Of a stretch of DNA of 64,000 nt, positions 21,971-35,500 are shown piece by piece. Made by a program: the position numbers and the translations under genes. Origin of the DNA: Antedon mediterranea. Its lineage: Eukaryota > Animalia > Echinodermata. Position 1 is the first letter of the stretch. Each line of letters opens with the position of its first letter. The stretch spans positions 9,153,888 through 9,217,887 of the forward strand of contig NC_092676.1 in NCBI RefSeq assembly GCF_964355755.1. Reading direction: 5' to 3'. The notes beneath the pieces are model-generated. The model did no database searches. It saw only the letters and a list, made by a program, of their open reading frames with translations, and was not told where the DNA came from.

Positions 21971-23279
21971 ACGTGCTAAACAAGTTACATATTTGTTGAT
22001 ATAAATTTGGGGTACACCACGTAGGCCTATATTAGTTCTGAAAAGAACTGTTGAGTTGCTTGACGTTTCGATTTAGGCCTACTCCAAAGTCAAAGTCTCC
22101 AAAGCTATTCCATCATGTCGTATTCGGGGAATCGCCCACAAGTGTTTTCTCAGAGAAGGGTATGTTCTGTATGGGGTTCTGTATGCTATTTGTTAATAAT
22201 GTACAAAAAATGAAATGAAAAATCATATTAATTATCGGTATGTACGGAGGAAGCTCGAACAAGACGAAGCGCGAAACAAATAAAAGCGCAGCGCGAAACA
22301 TCTGAAATGATATACAATTTCTCAAAACATGAAAACACAGAATATATTATATAATAATATAACTTTTTAATATTTCCAAAGGCTCGGACAAGGAAGAAGG
22401 GCCTTAAAAAACTGAATTGCTATATGTTAGACCACATTTCCATAACTTTTCAAAACTCATCGAACCCTCTGCTAGTAGGCCTAATTAATATAGGAGCGTA
22501 TCGACAAATCATTAGAGAAAAAAAAACATGGCATGAAGATGTAATTAATCAAACAACGGCCAAAGAATACCAACAATTTTAATTTAGTTTTCGATTCGTA
22601 ATTACTAATGTGGTGGACTAAGCCTAGTTTGAAACTATAGTGACCATTTATTTTAGAAAGAAAGATAGACAAATTTGTTTCCATCTCCATGTTATTGGTA
22701 ATACCAAGGCACTTTTCAATTAAAAATTCTGGCCTAGTATTCTTGCAAGGTCGTCACAGCTCCAGTTACAAAGGTCGTCACAGCTCCAGTTACAAACGGT
22801 GATACAAAGTGTCAATCATTTGACCAGTGAACAGCCCACTGGTAGGATAGTCCTTGAAACCATGAAACCGTCCGTAAAACACATTAATCACTCACATCAG
22901 TCATGCCGCTAATGGTTGAAAACCTCACTTTTTGGGGTTTTCAAACGTAACGCTATCCGGGGCTCCTGCGCCTAATGGAAGATATCAATCTGTGGCAACA
23001 ATAGAATGGACCCGAGACCTGGCTATCTTCGACTTTAAAATAATAGAAAGTTTTGAAAAATTTGTTTCTAGAAATGTACGTTGTATGATGTATAGGCCTA
23101 TGTTTATTAAAAAATTGTTGTAGTTTTCTAAATTACATTGTACAAGTTGCGAAGAGAAAACTGTTATTTGATCGTAAGTTAACGTGTACATAAAGCAAAA
23201 CTATCCATCCATAGGGTCATTTATCTTTTGCTAATTAATCTCCTCTTGCTTGATTGCACTCAAGCAACAATACTACAAT

Positions 23280-24103
23280 TGTAATAGCACAATGGAAGAT
23301 TAAAAGATAAACTAAATCACACAGTACAGTCTAAATACTAAAACAACTAAAACAATTCAATACAAAACTTAATTTAAAGTATTAGATCAGGCATCAAGTC
23401 TGCCCAAAATAATGATAAAAGTATGCACATCACTCACCTAAAATAGAGAGCCAATATCCTCATTGAGTGCATGGAGGTATACCACCATGTTGAGTGTAAT
23501 AAAAATAACTTCAAAACTTTAAGTGTACAAACTGTACAACGTGTAAATATCACAATCTTCTTTAACTTGAATTGTACTTTAAACTTAGTACTCTTTTAGT
23601 ATACCGTATATAATATATATATATATGTCTTTCAGTACTTTCAAATAGGTTCTCGAACTCAACGTTGTTCGAAATGTAAAAGTATATAAAGTTGAAATTT
23701 AATTAAAGTTGGAGTGTCCAGCACGTCCGATGGCAAGAGGCAAAGAGAAAGAAATCTCCCAAACATACCCTAATGTCATCCAAAATTGTCAAACAAGGTT
23801 TACCCCTATTGGTCCATTCTTGTTACTAGGCAAAACTCAAGAGGGGTAAATTGACCGATTGGTCAATTCCCAAATTTAGGACCTCCCATTTAAATAGATA
23901 AACATGTAAGAAGATTAAAACAGAACAAAGAGAATTCTTAAAAGGATTAATTAACAAAATGATTAAAACATATGCAGTTCCAAGGAAAAGCAATATAATG
24001 CAAACATCTTAATGCTATATTGATAAACAATCTTGCCCACCCACTGCACCCAGCTGCATTACATTGTAGGTACATTGGAAAATAATAACATGACAGGGTT
24101 ACA
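23280..24103 (-). mobile_element. LTR (824 bp, TGTAA...TTACA) preceded on the minus strand by a polypurine tract
   Basis: Minus strand aagttaggggagga-TGTAACCC at 24103; the far end is ...gctATTACA at 23280. Confidence 0.65.
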
Positions 24104-25978
24104 TCCTCCCCTAACTTAAATTGCTACCCCCGGGAGCAAAAACACAAAATATCAAACATTACAAGTAGAGTCACCAGTCAAAGTGGAAAAAAAAAGGATT
24201 AAAATCGTTTCTGTTTAATTTATCTTGGTGAACAGGAAGTGTGATATAAACTCATTCTGCCTGGACACAATTTCAGTAATATTCACAATAACTTTTTCGT
24301 TATTAAGTTGATTGCTATAGTCTTGAATTTTTTGAAGAATTATTATAGATTTTTTTGCAACAAAATCTTTCCAGTAGTTCAAAAGTTATGATAAAATATC
24401 TAATTTTTCTGAGATATCCTTGTGGCTATTCTAATTATTACACATACCCCACTGCTCAAATGCATGTTGGCTATTCCAAACTTGCTGGCTAGTCTGAAGA
24501 TAGTACAGTTGGTAGGGATTCTCATAGAGATATTTTCACTATAATATATCTATGGCATTCTCAATGTGTACACATAAGTAATTAAATAATTCCTTGCTGT
24601 TGGAAGTTTATTTTTAATATCAATAAAGTAAATAACAAAATAAAGAATTAGCTATAATTATAACACATTTAAAATGAATGCCTTTTATAATTAGTTACCT
24701 AAAGTAACTTTACTCCACTTTTTTTTACATATAATATAATAATTTATTTGGAAGCTACACTTTTGAAACAGTGGCACACTTCTTGAATGAAGGTGCATCC
24801 AGAGTAAGTAAAATAAATAAATATTATTTAACAATAGGCCTATTAGTACAAGAGTCAACTTATTTGACAAAAGAACGCATTTCAATTAGTCAATTTACAT
24901 GTTGAAAAATAATCAAAATATTCATTAAGTACCTAAATATAATTAATAATTAATTTCACTTTAATGTGTTTTTATTATTCTGTGCCTGCTAATTTTTTAG
25001 ATAGACAATATAATGAACAAAGAACAGAATCCAATAAACATTAAAGGAAATGAACTAGGCCTACAGACCTATTGTTAATTGTAGACTCCTATGAAAAGAA
25101 ATTTGAAGAACAAAAGGCATAATGGGTGGAAACCATTATACAGAATATAATAGATGATATCAGTAATGTGTAAATGTACTGGTGGTGTAAAGAAAGGGTA
25201 AAACAAAAAGAGATATCTTTTGATTTGTTAAATCTAGGCCAGTAGGTAGGTAGGTCTGTTACCATGTTTGTTTAAAACAATCAGGACAGACGATGGACTC
25301 GGACAGCCAGGCCCATAAATAAAATAGGGAGAGGCTTAGGCCATTCCTAGACCTAACCGCAAAATAATCAATTAAACTCTTAAAAATCAATCTAACCCCA
25401 ATAAACTGAACTTAAATAATCTTTTCTATATCAGTAAAATTGTGCGTGAACTATAGTCAAAACCCGCTAAAAACTGGGGCCTGTCGCGTTGGGCCCAATG
25501 TGTTGGTAGCAGGCTACTTATCCATGTGTGTATTATCGTTGACATTTTCGTTGGAGATTTTCAGTGTAGTTTTGAAAAGAAATGATGTTAGTCTTATACT
25601 AATACTAAATTAATTAGATTATTTTACGGAAAATATATTTTTATTAAAATTATAATTTTAATCGCAGAAAATAGATTTTGGAGAGTATAATATAAATAAA
25701 AAGCCTGATTGATAACAAAATAATTGCATCACCTTTTATTTTAACCTTGTGAAATGCGATTGTGTTTTGAAACTATAGGGTGGGTGTTTTCCAATGTTAT
25801 TTTTAGTGCGCATATTTTGCTCACCACCGGCATCTGTGCTTATTTTTGAAATACTTAATAATAGATAAAATACATTTTAATATATAATAATATAAAATAT
25901 ATATTATATAATATAATTTTATTTATATGAATTTTATTGCGTATTTATTTTAAAATATGCAAATATGCCTCAATTATT

Positions 25979-28003
25979 AGTGACAAAGGACAAGGAAGCC
26001 CGGGTCAAAAACATATTCACACGTCGTCCACGATAAACACATTTTAAATTTAAAACAAAACATAGTAATTATTGTAATTTTGAATTGGTATAGGTCACAT
26101 CTTTAAAATATAAGTTTCCTAATAATTATCTTCTAATGATCATGAATTATTATTAAAATAAAATATACATATGTCACATGTCGCCCTGCCAAACTAAACT
26201 TTATGAAAGGAGCTTTGCGCTGCGTGTGTAAACTCTCCAGAGTCAGGAGAGTTAGCCTGCTAAACTTTACATTGGAAGAATAGGGATGGAGCTTTGCGTC
26301 CGCAAACTCTCTAGAGTCACGAGAGAGTTAGCCTGCTAAACTTTACATTGGGAGAATAGGAAATAGAGCTTTGCGTCCGTAAACTCTCCGGAGTCACGAG
26401 AGAGAGTTAGCCTGCTAAACTTTACCGGAAGGCGATTGTTTCGCCTGAACGGTTTTCTATTCAAAGCATACAGGCAAGCATTGCACTGGTAGGTGGGGGG
26501 AAGACAACAGATAGAACAGCATTCGTGTTCTAAGATCTTGGCTCTTTAAGGAAATTAAATATACTTTTCTAACTTTCAAAATACGTTATATTTGATGGAT
26601 TTTTACAAATCAAGGATAAATTTGTATGTTTTAAATACTTCTAAACACATTTATCTTGTTTAAAGTGATGAAATATGTTTCTGAAAAAAGTTAGGATATG
26701 CTGTAAAAACTTGTAGTAGGCCTACACATGTTATCAGGGATGGGTTCAACAGACTGTGAAAGTTCAGTAATAGTAGGTTCAACAATAGGTTCAATAATAG
26801 GTTCAATATTAGGTTCAATAATAGGTTCAATAATAGGAGTATCATTAGGTAAATCAATAATGGGACTTGGAAGAATCTCGGTATCTTCAAAACAAAGTTG
26901 AGAAACAGACACAGGCTCAGGGCAAGGTTGGAGGGATCATGGTGCGGAATCTAAACAAGATTGCGGGATGAGTAGAGGTTCAGAACAAGATTGCGGGATG
27001 AGTAGAGGTTCAGCACAAGCCACAGGAGAATCAAGGATAGTGACAGAAAGTTTAGGACTGGGTACAGATGATACTGGGGAGTCAACTACAGCTGGCTCTA
27101 CATCTGTTGCAACTTCACTTGCTTCTTTAACATTACACTCACAAAAACTGGCGTGACTACAGACTCGATGCTCTCGTCAAAGGACGCATTTACAGGACTA
27201 CTATCAGTGGAAACATTTCCAGCACTAATATGAGATATATAGCAGGAGTAGTTTCATGGACAAATTCTTGGGCATCTACATTCAGCGGAAAATGGGGTGA
27301 AATGGAAGAAACTGTAAACGTTTCTACAGGGAGTGTGACTGAGAAGTCTAATGGGACTAGCATTGTAACCTCCTTCTCACTGGATTCACCACTGTCATCA
27401 TGCTCGCTCTCAGTGACATGAACTTTTGCCTTAGACCGCGTAATAGGGCGGTTTATCTTCTGTTTAGTAGGTTTTGCTGGTGGATCTTCTTTGTTTAAAT
27501 AGTCGATGGGCAGAAGTATGTTTCGATGTAGTGTTCGTAGGCCTACTCGACCACTATTTGATTCTGGCTTCACACGGAGTCCCACTGGTCAGCGAGTTTG
27601 TGTTTACCCTGTAGTCCCAGATTTCGAATCAACACTCGATCACCTGGATGAAGATCATTGACTCGTACTTTCAAATCATGTCGAACTTTGTTCTTGCGTG
27701 CTGACTTCGCTGCCTCTTCAGATGCCATTTGATAGGCAAGCGATAGTTGGTTTCTCAGATCGTTGACGTACTTTATGGGGTCAGCGTTACCAAATCCATC
27801 TGGGCTAATTCCAAACCGTAAGTCAACAGGAAGTCTCGTCCGAACATCAGAAAATAAGGTGAGAAACCTGTACTGTCATGCTTCATACAGTTGTAAGCAT
27901 GAACCAAAGCACTGATATAGCGACTCCAGCTTTCCTTCTTCTCGCCTTCGAGTGTATACCTAACATATTCATTAAAGTTCGATTAAAGCGTTCAGGTTGT
28001 GCT
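25979..28003 (-). mobile_element. Gypsy remnant, unit 2 copy
   Basis: Matches the unit 1 copy at offset 24103. Confidence 0.85.
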
Positions 28004-29571
28004 AGATTAAACTCACTCACTCTCTTAACTATCTTTTAACTTCCCAGAGACGAGAAGTGTTTACACCTACTTGTTCATTCCTTGCAAGACATGCTTCCTG
28101 ATGATGTCATCATCATGTCAACCCAATCACCTGTGTCCTCTGCAAGTAAAAACGCACTTGATGAACTAGAAAAGGAAATAACTACAAAACTTAAAATTCT
28201 AACCGCTCACAAATTTGATGACAAAGTGGAAGAAGTGAAAGATGATAAAGAAAAAAAAAACAAAATCTGTAGAAGAGTGGAGGAAAGAGTTTAGACAAGA
28301 CAAGAATATTTCTTACAAAAAACGCTGCTTGCTTATTTTTATTGGTAAGGTCAAGTCTGGGGGGTCACTTCATCAAGCCTAGATACTTAGAGTATCCTAT
28401 TACAAACAAAAACTTCAATGGACTGTTTTGATAATAATTCAATGATTATCTGACAGTGAATTATAGTACCCATGTAATATCATGGGACTCATAAATACCA
28501 GAAATGCTTTGGGATTTGTTATTAGACTCTTTTCCCAGCCGTTTTTTGGATTCAATACCTATAAATTATAGTCGAGTTTCCATTTTAACAAAAATGTCAA
28601 AGTGTAGTATTATACTGCTGCTTGATTTCATCTAATGAATGAGTTATCTCGTATGACGTAGCGGGCTAGAGCAGCAGCGTGAAAAAACTTAAAGAAGTGG
28701 AATCTTAATAAAAGTGATTGTTGCGAAAAGTGTTGTATAGAAATAGAAAGTGAAAAACATATGTTGTACACCTGTAACAGCATTCAATCAGATTTGAGGA
28801 AGTTCCGTAAACTGATCGTTAAATGCATTCCGACTAATGAAACATTACGGTCAGGTTTCCCCGAATGGTAAGACATAATTATAGGAACTCAGAACACGCT
28901 TGTTAATGAACTCATCTCTTTATTTACATTTAGTATTTACAAATCTTGCATTATTTATAAAACAAGCAAACGGATTATCACTTGGAATTTATTTAAGATA
29001 GAACTATTTAAAAAAATTTAATTAATAAAAGCAATATTATGTTCAAAATGTAAAACTATACAATTTTATAAAAGTATCCAAACAAAACATAATCTTATAA
29101 TGCAATATACCATTTTATCATATTTATTTATATTATATCGAATCTCTTTTTAATACTGAATATCAATCTTTATATCGTTTTAGCTCTGTAATATAAATTT
29201 TCTCTGTATACATGTTTGTTTTATCTAGACTTCAACACAATTTCAAAATATTTTACATAATCTTCCTCTGTCTGTGTAATATCACTTAAATATTCATTGA
29301 TAAATAGATAGATAGACAGACATATATACTGTAACCTTCACCATATTGTTGTTTATCATTGCAATAAAAGTGGGTTGCCCCCACAAAAGAGAAAAAAAAT
29401 ATATATTGCTGAAATTAAGCCTCAATAAATAATATTGTTGAGAAGAGGAACACATTTATACAGTATATAACTATATCCCATTTTCATGCATAAAGCAATA
29501 GTATCTGCCTCTGAAGCACCACCATCAAGATATTATTTTTTTTAAATATATCCCATGTATAAGCAATATTA

Positions 29572-32500
29572 TTATCTATCTGCCTCTGACGTCTCCAAGC
29601 ACCATGAACAAGCATTTTGGAACATTTTCATCCACGGTGACGCTTGTAATGTCTCCCGCCAATCTTGCGGCATCCATGGCCATTGCCACGTCAAAGTTGT
29701 ACGCTCTGGATGAGGCATGATCGCCAGATGACGGCCATCTGCGGAGCAAATTGCCGCTACGCCATTGGGTGAGCCATTGGGGTTCAACGGGTATTCAGTT
29801 GTCACTTCTCCTTTGTCATCGACAAAGCGCACTGGTGCAAGATTTTCAGACAGAACTGTGTCTTTTGTTTCTTTGTTAGAAAACTTCATGTGCCCTAGAG
29901 AGAAACAATTTGAGTTGAGTAAATTTAATAACATTTTTAGTTAAATTAAAATATAAGTTTGTACTAAGCATCCATCATTATCAAGAGGTATCAATATCTA
30001 ACCTTCTCCATGCTGTGTCCAGACACCAAGCACAGAGCCTTCCATTCCTTTCAGCATTAAAGCAGGGCTTTCATTAATCTTTACAGCAACAAAACGAGAC
30101 TCAAAACGCTCGGAAAGATTATGAGCAAGATGGACTCCTTGCTGAGCTGATGCTGCGTCTAAAAGACAATAACAAATAATTCATAATAAACAGTCTGTCA
30201 ACAAATGGATATCAAAAAGTAGTTCATATTTTCTTTTTATTTGTCAAAGAGGCATTACCTGCTTTACACCGGTGTCCTACTACCACTAAACTACTTACTA
30301 AATATACCTCATGATACCTTACCTGTAGTAAGCTCCTTGGTGACATCTGGAGCAACCCAGCCTAGCAGGCCCATTAGTTGGCAGCCATTGCATACACCCA
30401 GTGAGAAAGTGTCTTTCCTTGCTCTAAATGCATCAAACTGAGCACGCACAGCTGGGTTGAACAAAATAGTTGCTGCCCAACCTAAAATGATTAATAAACA
30501 TTATTTAAATAAACTAGAATAAATATTTATTTAGGTTACTATCTGTCTAATACTAGTATAATACTTGGTTACTGCTCCAGCATGTATTTTTGCTATGCTA
30601 CAAAAAGTGCAATCAGAAAAATATACCTTTTGCAGAACCACAAACGTCTGCAAAACTGAAGCCACCAACAAAAACTACTCCACGGAATTGATCGAGGGTG
30701 ACTTTCCCGCAAGCTAAATCTTGCATATTGACGTCCCATGTTTCAAAGCCAGCCATGTGTAGTGTTGAACTCATCTCTCGATCTCCATTACTGCCTTCCT
30801 CACGGATCACAGCAACCTTTGGTTTCATTCCATCTATGGAAGGCCAATTATGATTATGTATATGGTAACTAATGAGCCAAATTTAACTCGTATTACTTTA
30901 ACAAATTAAAATTCAGAACAAGATAATCAATATTCCAAAATTGGTTCTAACCTTTAGAGCATCCCTTTTTAACAGAATTCAAATTTGTTGCAACGGGGTC
31001 AAAGGTTAATTTAAATGGTGGTGCTGTTCTATTTGCTAAATTGCGTTGCTCCACTTCAACACACTCTGGATTTGCTTGTAGTTTTTCCAGTTGAAAACTA
31101 GTCTCTTCCCACACGTCTCTAAGAACAGTCATCTTTTCATTCAAGACTTCTTTCTCATTTACCGAGATGACAACCTATAATTTACATGTAAAATATTCAG
31201 ATTCATTCTAAAAACCATCATAAATGATAAATGATCGTAAATAAATGTTCAAATATTGCTTCCATTTAAAAAAAAAAAAACTTACCATTGACCCTTGACC
31301 TGATCCACTAGAGTGACCAATTAGAGAACAAGGGACATTATTGTCACTGAACTGTCTACAAATGTCCTCACTAGCATTAGCTGTTACTTCTAACACCAGC
31401 CCTACTTCTTCAGCAAACAGAATATCAATTGCAGTTACTGAAAATAAATATATAAAGTCTTACAATGTATTATTGCTTACCAGAGGTTCTGGAACCATAT
31501 GAAAGATTAAAATGACACTTTACAGATCCATTCGAGGCATTTATAGAGATAGCATAATGCTTACCATCAGGTTCGGAAAGTTTGACGTCAATACCACAAT
31601 TCCCAGAAAACGCCATTTCTAATAATGTTGTTACAATACCGCCATCACTAATATCATGACCAGCTGATATTTTTCTATCCACAAAAGGATACAAAAGACA
31701 AAGTTGAATTCATATCTCTAAAGCTCTGTCTACACTATCAAACTTTATGTGATGTGATATGCCCATATATGGACATGATATCATATCACTACCATTTTTG
31801 GGCATTTCACTAGCCTATTTAGGCGCATCACATTTTTTTGTCAAACTAGTTTCATAGTGTAGACAGCGCTTTATATTATAACTACAAGTAAATGAATTTA
31901 TTGTAAACGTCTAATTAATAAGTCTATGAAAATGACTACCTTTGATAAGATTTTGCGTTGTGTTGAAAGCCCTTACAAACGTTTCCGGTTCATCGAGATC
32001 AGGCGAGGATTGTCCGAGTTGATTATAGCACTGAGCGAGAGCACTACCACCTAACCGGTTATGCCTTTTACCAAATGAAACCCAGAGCAAAGTCCCTGAA
32101 ATAGAATATGTAAAGTCTTGTTTATAAATATATTATATTTTTTGTTTGTTTAGGTAGTTAATTTAATTGTACCTAACAAAATGTGCAATGTTATATTCAC
32201 TTTACCTTTACTGTCTGGACATTTAAGGTCAGGGGTCACAGTTGCAGTAATATCTGGGCATGCCACATACACAGACACAACCAATGCACCTAAAAAATTG
32301 TAATTGATATTTCATTATTAGTAAGTAAATGGGAAAAAAAAGTGTATTAGTGTATTCAAGCTTAACTTATTAAAATAATTCACAAGATTGTACATCAGAC
32401 ACTATACTAGTTATTAACAAGCATGAAATGTCTAACCTGGAGCTTTGATCGTTTCAGAGCCTATCCTGGCAGCCATACTCAAAGAGTCCTTCCCACCATC

Positions 32501-35500
32501 CACAGCAACACCCAACTTGCCCATCACCTCGCATGCATCATACAATGCAGCACCCTCACCAGGAAGCTTCGCTGGCCACATCCAGTTACCGCTACATTTG
32601 ACATCTTTAAGATCGGAGACCCTAGCAAACACAAGATTGGTAAGGGCTTCTCCTACAGACATCCTGGCACCACAGCCAGGATCGACTAACCCTTTAATAG
32701 GCTGCTCTCCAATGGCTGTAGCTGAGCCTACAGTTTCAAAGTGGGAGAGTGCGATAACAGCAACATCAGCGAGTGGTGTGTGCAGGGGGCCTACACATTG
32801 CTGCTGGGCTATCAGGCCCGTGACAGCACGATCAACCTAACAGAAACAATATATCCTGGTTATACACTTTCCATATTCCTTCACACAAATAAATTATGCA
32901 ATATTAAAGATAAACAGATCTTTACCTTATTAGTCAAAAATCTTTTACTGGCTACTGAAGGTAGACGCAGAACACGGTCGAGTGCACATCGGACAGTCAA
33001 CCCATCAGGTAGTGTTAACTGCTTAAGTTTTGGTTTACATCGATCATACTTGAAAACCTGAGAGAAAAAAAAATATAATTCTATATAATTTTACAGACAG
33101 AAAGAGACACTATTATTATAACACATAATTATTTTCAATGGTTATTTATGATGAAATCTGTGAGATTGAGAAAAAGTGACCTCAGCTGAGATTTGAACCT
33201 GGAATCTTCTGCTTGATATGCAGACATCCTACCATTACACCACTGATGCATTCATGGTATGGTTCAAACTTATTACCGACACTACTCTACTATCAAGTCT
33301 CCATCATACCTTTTGCGGCATCTTCCCAAGAACCCATTCAAGTTGGAGATCAACTGGATAAGTAAGTGCTGTTCTTTTTATGCTTGGAGGTTCTGCATCA
33401 CCCTTACCAGCTTCCACTTTCTTTTCCACCTCAAGACGAATCTGAAACAAAACAAAATATTTTTGTATTGCAAAACTCTTATGCACTCTATCTGTGCATG
33501 AAAAGGCATTCTTCAAAATTAGTAACACTGTAGTATTTAAACGTGTTTTTTCATACTTATCCCACAGTAAGCACAAACTTGCCAATTACAGGATGGATAA
33601 AATATTTTATAGTTGATCGTGCTTATAAACTAAGTTTTATTTCAGGCTTAGGGAGTGAAGTTGAAAGAGTCGTGAGTTACAACCCTTGACCTTGGAATTG
33701 GAAGGCAAGCATGTTAAACCACCAAGCAACAGCTCCACTAAAAAAATTTAGAATAAAGTAGGTAAAAAAAATCATCCAAATATTACCTTCCCATCACCTG
33801 TAATGTCACCAACAAAAACAGCTGGACATTTCTCTCTGTCACAAATATCTAGAAGTTTTTCTTGATCCTCAGATCGTATTAGTATGGCATTGGACTCCTG
33901 GTATTCTGCACCCCATAGTTCTAAGGTGTTGATGGTTGGATCACCTAGTTGGAATTCCTTAGCTTTTATTAGAGCACCTGCAGGTTCACATATCTCCTTT
34001 AAAACATTACCTGTACACAAAAAAATGATTTAATTGGTCAGATGTTAGCCATAGTTTGACATAAAAATAAGTACATTTGTCTGACAAAGTGTCCCCTTAA
34101 TAGGGATGTCCCAAATGAGGGGTGCTACTGTACTTAGTAAAATAATAAAAATAAGCACATTGCATGCAAACTCACCATTGCCTCCAGCTCCTTGATCATG
34201 TATACTACATATAGGGTTTGTATCAACCATCTCAATGCACGCCCTTATAACTCGGTTTAGTTTCTGTTCCATCTCCGCATCACCGCGCTGCACGGCTTCG
34301 AAGTCCAGTTTTTCTGTATTGTCACCTTGAACTTGAATGGAAGATGCAGCGCCCCCACCGACTCCGATGCGATAGATTGGTCCACCAAGTTTTACAATTT
34401 TCATTCCTGCATGGTAAACAATTATTGATCAGTCAATAATTAGTTTTCAATGGAGAAATAAAAACAAAATATTTTATCAGGTTACTATAATCTTATTTTA
34501 TATGACAGACATATAATATCTATGTGGAGACAACAATAATAAGAATTGTACAGTATTTTTTATGGTGTTGTATTTAGTTTGTTTAACAAACCTTTTTCTG
34601 CTTCGTCTTTAGTCGCATGCATACTCTCAAGCATCCCAATACCCCCGCTGAACATAATGGGCTTGACCCACTCTCTTCTGTCGCTCTCAGAAAGCATCAT
34701 GCCAAATGAACGAGAGAAACCGGTTAGAACGGGTTCACCAAACTTGTTGCCGTAGTCAGATGCACCATTGCTGGCCTTTACAGCAACCGACAGAGCAGGC
34801 GCCATGTTGCTAGGATAAACCATATTTTTGTCCTCCCATGGAAGGTCATACCCTGTTTAAACAAATGTTCAATCAATGATAATAAATAATTAATTACACT
34901 GAATATATAACATTTATAAAAAGCAAAATTATGTAATTAAGCAAGCAATTATGCCTGTTCACTGCATGCGTTACTTAATATCTTTCATCCCATACTCTAT
35001 TTATACATATAAGTGCCAGTAAATGAATATCTTTTAATTGTTGTTACTTTGCAAATCTTTGATAAGGTTTATCCTTTATATTTGTATATTTGTTATGTTT
35101 TATTTTCTGTTATATTTGTATTTATTTTGATTTTTGAGCGAGTAAAGTCTGACATCAATTTTCATAAGGACTACAAAATCTAATTTTTAGATTTATATAA
35201 TTTACCTGGAATGTTCAAATTTCCAAAACAGTAGCCTGCAGTGCCAGCCACTACATGTGCCCCCTTCCCTGCAGCCTGAACATCACGTATTCTACCCCCA
35301 GTACCAGTTGTAGCCCCTGGGAAAGGTGCAACCCCAGTTGGAAAGTTATGGGTCTCTGCTGTGAAGATGATATGCCTGAGTGGTTCAGATTCCTCCATCA
35401 CACTTGCTGACCCGGGATTGGCTGGTTTGAGAACTTTGACCTTATGGCCTTTGATTGCACTGAAAATCAAGTAAAGTCATCAAAGTGAGAAAAAACAGAC

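Larger units (their letters stand above)
19262..22994. mobile_element. 3.7-kb non-autonomous P-superfamily-like DNA transposon, unit 1 only
   Basis: Outer ends CATAGA.../...TCTGTG; perfect 32-bp inner inverted repeat at 19277-19308 and 22946-22977; no transposase ORF. Unit 2 retains only the outer 15+17 nt. Confidence 0.78.
1..24103. repeat. Tandem segmental duplication unit 1 (24,103 bp; register set by window start)
   Basis: Sequence at 1 (tcctcccctaacttaaattg) recurs at 24104 and 45564; the ORF track repeats with offset 24103. Confidence 0.97.
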
